Assembly (NCBI GenBank): GCA_965649115.1
Contig: CBFGJN010000045.1
Coordinates: 1 to 15,755, forward strand
Direction of reading: 5' to 3'
DNA: 15,755 nt
DNA from: a candidate division WOR-3 bacterium
Lineage (GTDB): Bacteria; Hydrothermota; Hydrothermia; LBFQ01; DSFT01
Shown here: in pieces, positions 8,791 through 15,755 of the stretch
How the letters are laid out: each line of letters begins with the position of its first letter
Position numbering within the stretch: the first letter of the stretch is position 1
Program-made: the position numbers and the translations under genes
The notes under the pieces: model-generated
Databases searched by the model: none
The model's input: the letters and a program-made list of their open reading frames with translations, nothing else
Told to the model about the DNA's origin: nothing

Positions 8791-10011
8791 TTAAAATTTT
8801 AAGGGACTTTTAGAAAGAAAACTAGAATAATTAACAACAATATAAATCTCAAAGGGCAAAATCATAGTTTTAAATCTTTCATCGCCAAATCCTCCAAAAA
8901 CAAAATATAAACTATAAGAGATAACAAATCCCATAAACAAAACAATAACAAATTTATCACTTCTTAGAAGCGATTCAAAGAATATAATAAACCAAATTAG
9001 ATGAATAATTAAGAAGAATAAAAGAAGAAATTTCTTGAATTTTCCTTTATAATTTTCAATAGGTAAAATCAAAATTTTTATAACATTTGAAGTAAAATTT
9101 TTCAAAGCAAGAATTAAACTAAATTTTAAGTCGCTTTTAATCTCATTTATAAGTTTTTCCTTAAAGCATTTATAACAATCTTTACAGTCAGATATACTAA
9201 CTAAACCTTTCATTCCACATACTTCAATTACAAGCTCCCTTGCTTTTTCATAAGTAATATGTTTTTTATCTGAATAATAATTCGCTAATGCCCAATAATA
9301 AAAATTACTTTGTTCGGTGCATCTGTTTAATAGCACATAAAAAATAAGAGTTATAGAAAGCAAAGTGAATGAAAATAGGAATTGTTTGAAATTTTTACCA
9401 AACAAAAGAAAAATTGTAAATAGAAAAAGAATAATAATTATTTCGCCTCTTATAAAAGTTGATAAAAATAAAATTAATAGTGAAATATAGTTTTGCTTTT
9501 TGAAATAAAACGAAAGTGTGAGCATTAGGAGAGAGGAAGCTATTGGCTCAAGGAGAATCATAGTAATGTTATTATATGTCATAAGAAAAACAAAAATTAT
9601 AATTAAAGCAGATTTTAAAAAACTATCCTTGTTTATTGTCCAAATTAAATAAGTTAAAGAAAAAGAAAAAATGAGGCTATTGAAAAAGAGAATAGCAATT
9701 ATAAAGAATTTACCAAATAAAATTAAGAATGGATAATAAATATAACCCGTTTGTGGTCTATAACAATTGTAAGGTTTTGAGCTTAAATATATACTATAAG
9801 CATGTCTTAAATAAATATAACTATCTCTTGAAGTTCCAACATAACTATTAGGAATATCAGATTTTAATGGAAAAAATTCAAGATTTTTAATGTCTTGTTC
9901 TATATTTGCTATTGCTAATTTATGATATTTTGTTGTTTCATTGAAAATTTTATAAGTTGTTGCAGAAAAGAAAAGCAATAATGAAAGTAAAAAAAGTTTT
10001 AGAAATTTCAT
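8791..10011 (-). CDS. Polytopic membrane protein, GT-C-like; paralog of 6728-7888
   Basis: 406 aa with YVGTSRDSYIY, CYRPQTGY, LLEPI, IRGE, RCTEQSNFYYW and ERFK...PFEIY, all shared with the paralog. Confidence 0.6.
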   Translation of the reverse strand: MKFLKLFLLSLLLFFSATTYKIFNETTKYHKLAIANIEQDIKNLEFFPLKSDIPNSYVGTSRDSYIYLRHAYSIYLSSKPYNCYRPQTGYIYYPFLILFGKFFIIAILFFNSLIFSFSLTYLIWTINKDSFLKSALIIIFVFLMTYNNITMILLEPIASSLLMLTLSFYFKKQNYISLLILFLSTFIRGEIIIILFLFTIFLLFGKNFKQFLFSFTLLSITLIFYVLLNRCTEQSNFYYWALANYYSDKKHITYEKARELVIEVCGMKGLVSISDCKDCYKCFKEKLINEIKSDLKFSLILALKNFTSNVIKILILPIENYKGKFKKFLLLFFLIIHLIWFIIFFESLLRSDKFVIVLFMGFVISYSLYFVFGGFGDERFKTMILPFEIYIVVNYSSFLSKSPLKF

Positions 10012-11087
10012 ATTCTTTGAAAAACTTCCTTATATTTTTCTAAAACCTTTTCATCAGAACAAAAATTATAAATTTCCTCTCTTATCTTATAAGGGTCAAA
10101 ATAACCACTTTTTAATTTATCATAAGCATCTAAAATTGCTTCTTTTAATGCTATCGCATTTCTTTCTTTTACTAAAATGGAATTTCTTTCATTTAAAAAA
10201 TCTCTTGGACCACCACTATCCGTCCATATTACAGGCTTTCCAAGACTTAATGCCTCTACAATAGCAATCCCAAAAGTTTCATATTTACTTGTTGATATTA
10301 GAAAATCGCTTTTTGAAATTTCTTCTAATACTTTATCATTACTCAAAGCTCCAAGATACTTAACATTTTTCAAACTATTAGCAATTTCCATAAATTTCTT
10401 AAAATAATTATCATTAGAATTTCTTCCAATAAAGATAAATTCAATATTCCTTAAAAATATGGCAGTTTTTAGAATCAATATAGGGTCTTTTCTATCTGTT
10501 ATTGTTCCCACAAAAATTACCCTATTATTAATCTCATTTTTAATTTCAAAATGATGTTTAAAAATTGGATTTGGAATAATACCATTAATTTTTATTTTTA
10601 ATTTCGCTTCAATTTCATCTTTTTGAAAACTACTAACAGCATAATTTCCACTTGAAAGCTTATAAACCATTTTAGATAAAATTTTATTTATTCCAAAAAG
10701 AACCTTTTCAGAATGCTCTAAAACAATATATTTTTTAAAAAATCCAAATGGAATAACTGCTAATCCTTGCGGGAGTGCCATTTGTAAAATAATTATATCA
10801 GGCCTATAAAAAATCAGATTTTTTAATGTTAATATAAATTGTAAAATAACAGCAATTGGTAAAAATATAAATCCAAATCCATATTTATAAAAAAATACGA
10901 ATGCTTCAACTTCAATATCTTCAACTTGCCATTTCTCATAAGAAAACTTAAATTTATTTATCCTAACAAGTGTTTGAACTTTTAAATTTCCTAATTTTTT
11001 TAAAACTTTTGCATGGCTTAAACAAAAAACCGCTTCATAAGGCTTATATTTATTTGGGAAAAAATCACAAATCATTAGAATTTTCAT
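10008..11087 (-). CDS. Family 4 (GT-B) glycosyltransferase
   Basis: 359 aa with IPNP, FVGTITDRK, the EX7E motif ETFGIAIVE, ALSLGKPVI and TDSGG. Confidence 0.93.
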   Translation of the reverse strand: MKILMICDFFPNKYKPYEAVFCLSHAKVLKKLGNLKVQTLVRINKFKFSYEKWQVEDIEVEAFVFFYKYGFGFIFLPIAVILQFILTLKNLIFYRPDIIILQMALPQGLAVIPFGFFKKYIVLEHSEKVLFGINKILSKMVYKLSSGNYAVSSFQKDEIEAKLKIKINGIIPNPIFKHHFEIKNEINNRVIFVGTITDRKDPILILKTAIFLRNIEFIFIGRNSNDNYFKKFMEIANSLKNVKYLGALSNDKVLEEISKSDFLISTSKYETFGIAIVEALSLGKPVIWTDSGGPRDFLNERNSILVKERNAIALKEAILDAYDKLKSGYFDPYKIREEIYNFCSDEKVLEKYKEVFQRI

Positions 11088-11124
11088 AAGAACTGAAATT
11101 TTAAGGTCGTTTTTTCATGATTTG

Positions 11125-11310
11125 TTGTCTTGTCTAATAATTCTGAAAATATGTTTATTTCTATATTTTCCCGCCCACCCTGAAATTAAGCCTTTGGCTT
11201 TAAAAATCCCTATCTTTTGCCTTGGGGGGCAATAGCCCCCCATAAAATTAATAGTTCCATTAAAACTTAAATAAGTTATTGATTATCAAGGATTTAACAT
11301 GATTTAAAAG
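11125..11310 (+). repeat. Intergenic hairpin repeat (REP/MITE-like), copy A
   Basis: cccgcccaccc; hairpin aagcc-ttt-ggctt (11188-11200); hairpin ggggggc-aata-gcccccc (11224-11241); taagttattgatt (11272-11284). Colinear with copy C and with the reverse complement of copy B. Confidence 0.88.
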
Positions 11311-11339
11311 TTCTCCAAAATCTACTTTAAAATTTACAT

Positions 11340-11858
11340 TTGACCAAAACGCTATTTAGAATTTTCCTATTTTTATCAATTTTAAGTATTTTAATAATTT
11401 TTTTTATCTCCATTTTACAAACAAATAAAATGAAAGATTCAAAATTAATTAGAAAAGCTGTCAATTTTAAACTGCCAAAAATTGATAATTTAAAAGATAG
11501 CTTAAGTTTGAGTGATTTTAAAGGAAAAATAATTATTTTAAATTTTTGGGCAAGTTGGTGTGAGCCTTGCAAGGAAGAAGCAAACGAACTAAATAAAATA
11601 TATACTAATTTCAAAGACAGTGTTATTTTAATTGGTATTAACATATGGGATAGAAGAGAAAACGCTCTTGAATTTATAAAAAACTATAATTTGAAATTTT
11701 TGAATTTATACTCAAAAGACAACCCAATTAGTGTTGATTATGGAATAACAGGTGTTCCAGAAACAATCATAATAGATAAAGAAGGTAATATAATTTATCA
11801 TTTCAAAGGTCCTATAAATGAAAAAATAATAAATGAAATAATAAAAAACATGAGATAA
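11340..11858 (+). CDS. TlpA/ResA-family membrane-anchored thiol:disulfide oxidoreductase
   Basis: 172 aa with an N-terminal TM segment, LSDFKGK, NFWASWCEPC and YGITGVPET. Confidence 0.92.
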   Translation: MTKTLFRIFLFLSILSILIIFFISILQTNKMKDSKLIRKAVNFKLPKIDNLKDSLSLSDFKGKIIILNFWASWCEPCKEEANELNKIYTNFKDSVILIGINIWDRRENALEFIKNYNLKFLNLYSKDNPISVDYGITGVPETIIIDKEGNIIYHFKGPINEKIINEIIKNMR

Positions 11859-11882
11859 AGGCTTAATTCTTTGCTCCCTTTT

Positions 11883-11918
11883 GCCAAAATAAGGGTATTT
11901 TAAAGGCGAAGCCTTAAT
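11883..11918 (-). repeat. Fragment of the hairpin repeat (copy D)
   Basis: gccaaaataagggtattttaaaggcgaagcctt is nearly the exact reverse complement of 15691-15723. Hairpin aaggc-gaa-gcctt at 11903-11915. Confidence 0.8.
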
Positions 11919-11947
11919 CAATGCTTATTCTCAATGCTTTGTCCAGT

Positions 11948-12138
11948 AAATAGTGTTGAACCCTCGTTAATCAATAACTTATAAAAATTGATTTAAAACT
12001 ATTGATTTATCGGGGGAATTTAAGGGGGGCGTAAGCCCCCCATAGCCGAAAAATGGGCATTTGTAAGCCGAAGGCTTAAATTTAGGGTGGGTGGGAGAAA
12101 TATAGAAAAATAAATAATTTTAGAATTACTAAACACAG
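11948..12138 (-). repeat. Intergenic hairpin repeat, copy B (inverted relative to A and C)
   Basis: aatcaataactta (11969-11981); ggggggc-gtaa-gcccccc (12024-12041); aagcc-gaa-ggctt (12065-12077); gggtgggtggg (12085-12095); then an A-rich tail. Confidence 0.88.
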
Positions 12139-12170
12139 TACATTCTCAATACTTTAAAATTTTAACATTT

Positions 12171-13376
12171 ATGAGATTGGAAAAAATAAGAAATGACTTT
12201 CCATTTTTGAAAAATAACTTTATATATTTTGATAATGCTGCAAGCACACAAAAACCAAGCATTGTAATAGAAAAAATTAAGGAAATATATGAAAATTATT
12301 ATGCAAATGTTCATAGGGGGGTTTATAAAATATCAACAAAAATTACAGATGAATATGAAAATTCAAGAGAAAAAATAGCAAAATTCATAAATGCTGAATT
12401 TCAAGAAATAATTTTCGTTAGAAATGCAACCGAAGGAATAAATTTATGCTCTTATATTCTTTCAGATTATGTAAATGAAAATGATGAAATTGTTATTACA
12501 ATATCAGAACACCATTCAAACTTAGTTCCATGGCAACAACTCGCTATCAGAAAAAAAGCCAAACTAAAATATATAGATGTTTATGATGATGGAAAATTAA
12601 ATTTAGAAAATTTAGAAGAAATAATAACTGAAAAAACAAAAATTTTAGCAATTGGTCATGCTTCAAATATAACAGGAATTATTCAACCCATTGAGAAAGT
12701 TATAAGTTTTGCTAGAAAATTTAAAGATATATTTATTGTTGTTGATGCTTGTCAAAGTGTTCCTCATATTAAAGTAGATGTTAAAAAACTTGATTGTGAT
12801 TTTTTAGCATTTTCTGCTCACAAAATGCTTGGTCCAACGGGAATAGGTATTCTATGGGCTAAAAAAAACTTATTAGAAAAATTACCTCCATTTTTGTTTG
12901 GAGGAGATATGATAGATAATGTTGATTTATTTCATACGACATTTAATAAACTACCTTATAAATATGAAGCAGGAACACCTAACTTCGTAGATGCAATTGC
13001 TTTTGGATATGCTATTGATTATATAAATGAAATTGGTATTGAAAATATATACGAACATGAGCAAAAACTCTTAAAACATATGTTAGAAAACATTTTAAAT
13101 TTAGATTTCGTAGAAATATATGGTCCTAAAGATACAAAAAATAAGTTATGTATTATTTCATTTAATGTTAAAAATGCTCACCCTCATGATGTAGCAAGTT
13201 ATTTAGATTATAAAAATATATTTGTAAGAAGTGGGCATCATTGTGCTCAACCTCTTTTAAGAAGATTAAAAGCAAATAATACTGTTAGAGCAAGCCTATA
13301 TTTATATAACACCTTTGAAGAGATTGATGAATTCATAAATGCCCTTAAAGAAATAAAAAAGTTTATTTATGCGTGA
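12171..13376 (+). CDS. sufS: Group II cysteine desulfurase (SufS/CsdA family)
   Basis: 401 aa with YFDNAASTQKP, NVHRG, EHHSNLVPWQ, the PLP-lysine motif FSAHKMLGPTGIG, EAGTP and the catalytic RSGHHCAQPL. Confidence 0.95.
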   Translation: MRLEKIRNDFPFLKNNFIYFDNAASTQKPSIVIEKIKEIYENYYANVHRGVYKISTKITDEYENSREKIAKFINAEFQEIIFVRNATEGINLCSYILSDYVNENDEIVITISEHHSNLVPWQQLAIRKKAKLKYIDVYDDGKLNLENLEEIITEKTKILAIGHASNITGIIQPIEKVISFARKFKDIFIVVDACQSVPHIKVDVKKLDCDFLAFSAHKMLGPTGIGILWAKKNLLEKLPPFLFGGDMIDNVDLFHTTFNKLPYKYEAGTPNFVDAIAFGYAIDYINEIGIENIYEHEQKLLKHMLENILNLDFVEIYGPKDTKNKLCIISFNVKNAHPHDVASYLDYKNIFVRSGHHCAQPLLRRLKANNTVRASLYLYNTFEEIDEFINALKEIKKFIYA

Positions 13377-15039
13377 TATTATTTTTGATGCATTAGAAGA
13401 ACTTTTAGAACAACCAATAAATAAGAAACTTGATGAATCTGAAATTTTGAATTTTAGGATTACATATAAGGAAGTAAAAGGAAAATCAAAAGTTATAATT
13501 CAAGAAAAAAATTTTCCATATTTATTACCTCATTTTGTTCTTGAAGTTGATGAAAGACGCATATTTAAAGGTTATTACAAATTTTCAAGTTTAAATAATC
13601 ATCCCGTCCCTTACAAGCCATTTTTAAGGTTTTTTTATAAAACTGATAAATTTAAGTTTTTAAGAACAATTCAACAATTCAAAAATGATATTTCAATTTA
13701 CTATTCAAATGGACCAAGACTTGAAAATCAATCACTTGAAGAATTCTTTCAAAAAACATTATTTCCAAATGAAGTTTTTGAAAATAAAATTTTAATAATT
13801 GAAATTTTCCATTCAAATAAAATAAATAAAGAAATTTTCAAAGAATTTAGAATTTTAAAGACTTTAAAGAAATTTGCAGAAGAATTGAACATCAAATTAA
13901 ATGTTTTAATTAGCAACATATTTAAAAAGACAGGTATTAAGTTTAAAAGTTTGATTGGTTTTGAAAGACTTTTTTATGAAATTGAAGAAGGAACATTATT
14001 TCTTTCAAGAATATATGATAAATTTGGATATTTATTACATTTTAGACCAAAATCTGAAATTAAAGAATTCTTTGTAAATAAATCACAAGGTTATATATTA
14101 AATGTATTTGCTTGTAATGGAGATTATTCCGATGGAACAATAAAAAGTTTTGATGATGACCCATACTTACCAAATTGGACAATTGGAATAATGCATATTT
14201 TTGAAGACAATTTAGAAATTGTTAATGAGGAAATTGAAAAATTTTTAAAAATTGAAAAAAATTTCTATATAAATAATGAATTATCCGAATATAGTAAATT
14301 GGTTTTAAAATATAAAAATGTTATTTTGTATGGGCCACCAGGGGTAGGAAAAACTTATATTGCTATTAAAATCGCAAAAGAAATTTCCAAAAGAAATTGG
14401 ACAATAGTTCAATTACATCCAAGTTATAGTTATGAAGATTTTATGGAAGGAATAAGACCTAAATCTGATGGTGGTTTTTATGTTAAAGATGGTGTTTTTA
14501 AACAATTTTGTAAAAATGCTTTAAATAGTAATGATAATTTCGTTATTATTCTTGATGAAATGAGTAGATGTAATGTAATTCAAGTTTTTGGTGAATTATT
14601 ATATGCACTTGAATATAGAAACAAACCGATAATTCTACCTTACTCAAATGAAAGTTTTTCAATTCCCGAAAATGTTTATATTATTGGAACTATGAATAGT
14701 GCGGATAGAAGTGTTCATAATCTTGATATTGCTTTAAGAAGAAGATTTATATTTATTGAGATTTTACCAGATTTTAATGTAATTAAGGAATTTTATATCC
14801 AAAATAATTATAGTTTTGAAATTCTTGAAAAAATTGAAAAGTTTTTTAGTTTCATAAACGATTTAATACTAAAAAAGCTTGGAAGTGAATTTTTAATTGG
14901 ACATAGTTATTTCTTAGTTGAACCATCAGAAATAAAGAATATCATAAAATTCAAAATTCTTCCAGTTTTAGTTAGTATATTATCAAAAGATGACTATAAA
15001 AAAACTGAAAGCTTCTTAAAAGAGATTGATTTATATTAG
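13369..15039 (+). CDS. McrB-family AAA+ GTPase with an unrecognised ~300-aa N-terminal region
   Basis: Walker A GPPGVGKT, VQLHPSYSYEDFMEG, Walker B IILDEMSR, VFGELLYALEYR, NxxD signature GTMNSADRS, DIALRRRF and IGHSYF. Confidence 0.88.
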   Translation: MRDIIFDALEELLEQPINKKLDESEILNFRITYKEVKGKSKVIIQEKNFPYLLPHFVLEVDERRIFKGYYKFSSLNNHPVPYKPFLRFFYKTDKFKFLRTIQQFKNDISIYYSNGPRLENQSLEEFFQKTLFPNEVFENKILIIEIFHSNKINKEIFKEFRILKTLKKFAEELNIKLNVLISNIFKKTGIKFKSLIGFERLFYEIEEGTLFLSRIYDKFGYLLHFRPKSEIKEFFVNKSQGYILNVFACNGDYSDGTIKSFDDDPYLPNWTIGIMHIFEDNLEIVNEEIEKFLKIEKNFYINNELSEYSKLVLKYKNVILYGPPGVGKTYIAIKIAKEISKRNWTIVQLHPSYSYEDFMEGIRPKSDGGFYVKDGVFKQFCKNALNSNDNFVIILDEMSRCNVIQVFGELLYALEYRNKPIILPYSNESFSIPENVYIIGTMNSADRSVHNLDIALRRRFIFIEILPDFNVIKEFYIQNNYSFEILEKIEKFFSFINDLILKKLGSEFLIGHSYFLVEPSEIKNIIKFKILPVLVSILSKDDYKKTESFLKEIDLY

Positions 15040-15594
15040 TCCTAAAATTTTTTCTATAACCCTTGGATAATAATAATGTTCAAGTTCGTGAATTCGTTTT
15101 TCAAGACTTTCTAAACTCTCTCCTTCTTCAATTCTTAAACATGCTTGCTCAATAATTTCTCCCTCATCAACCTTTTCATTTACCCAGTGAATCGTTATTC
15201 CTGTAATTTTTACACCATATTTATATGCCTTTTCAATAGCATTTAGACCTTTAAATGCAGGAAGTAATGATGGATGAATGTTAATAATTTTTCTAAAATA
15301 TCTATTTACTATAAATTCTGGAAGAATTCTTAAATAACCTGCCAAAACAATTAAATCAAAAGGTTCAAAACTCATTAAAACTTTCAATAACTCTTCATTA
15401 TATCTTTCTTTTCCAAGCTCTTTATAATTTATACAAATTGATTTTATATTATAATTTTCTGCCCTCTTTAAAATAAATGCATTTGGATTATCTGAAATTA
15501 CAGCTAAAATTCTTAATGGCTTTTCTTTAAAGTATTGATAAATTGCTTCAAAATTACTCCCATAACCTGAACCCATTACAATAATTTTTTTCAA
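15031..15594 (-). CDS. purN: Phosphoribosylglycinamide formyltransferase
   Basis: 187 aa with SGYGSNFEAI, LAGYLRIL, INIHPSLLPAFKG, GITIHWV..VDEG and EHYYYP. Confidence 0.96.
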   Translation of the reverse strand: MKKIIVMGSGYGSNFEAIYQYFKEKPLRILAVISDNPNAFILKRAENYNIKSICINYKELGKERYNEELLKVLMSFEPFDLIVLAGYLRILPEFIVNRYFRKIINIHPSLLPAFKGLNAIEKAYKYGVKITGITIHWVNEKVDEGEIIEQACLRIEEGESLESLEKRIHELEHYYYPRVIEKILGLI

Positions 15595-15625
15595 GATTGA
15601 AATTTTAAAGTTAATATAAGTTGTT

Positions 15626-15755
15626 TTTTGCCTTGTCCAATAATTCTGGAATTATTTATTTTTCTTTATTTTCCCACCCACCCTATATTCAAGGCTTCGC
15701 CTTTAAAATACCCATATTTCGGCTTTGGGGGGCAGAGCCCCCCTAATAATCCCCC
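15626..15755 (+). repeat. Intergenic hairpin repeat, copy C (cut by the window end)
   Basis: cccacccaccc; aaggc-ttc-gcctt (15691-15703); ggggggc-aga-gcccccc (15727-15743). Colinear with copy A. Confidence 0.88.

Noticed and set aside
10177..10407. 76-aa plus-strand ORF
   Set aside because: Antisense shadow of the GT4 gene.
11224..11241. G6C hairpins as simple intrinsic terminators
   Set aside because: They lack consistent U-tracts, and copy A lies between divergent genes where no transcript should end.
11327..11921. Minus-strand ORFs 11327-11644 and 11712-11921
   Set aside because: Both overlap the well-supported tlpA, and the second starts within a repeat fragment.
12012..12095. G-quadruplex in the repeat
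   Set aside because: Only three closely spaced G3 runs are present; the other runs are distant or paired in the hairpin, so support is weak.
12171..13376. DndA of a phosphorothioation cluster
   Set aside because: The RSGHHCAQ motif is SufS-type, and no dnd or ssp genes are in the window.

Overview
Very AT-rich DNA from a diderm bacterium (TamB, bacterial L28). Left end, minus strand: a HinP1I-family endonuclease plus an alpha-class SPPY (probably m4C) methyltransferase (737-3408), bounded by a perfect 20-bp direct repeat (701-720 and 3406-3425) carrying the putative -10 box and GTG start. Downstream lies a second R-M module: a frameshifted GIY-YIG-like endonuclease (120-703) coupled to a probable Dam/D12-type methyltransferase running off the window. 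Then come rpmB-tamB, a minus-strand glycan cluster (GT4, two paralogous GT-C-like membrane proteins, FkbM), tlpA, sufS coupled to an orphan McrB-like AAA+ gene, and purN. Two non-coding patterns stand out. First, TTAAAATTT lies 6-10 nt before every start codon that does not overlap an upstream gene, with no Shine-Dalgarno, suggesting leaderless transcription. Second, a ~180-bp repeat with two hairpins, a GGGTGGG tract and IHF-consensus sites occurs as three long copies and two fragments, with the long copies oriented the same way in front of promoters. Family calls rest on motif recognition only; no searches were run.
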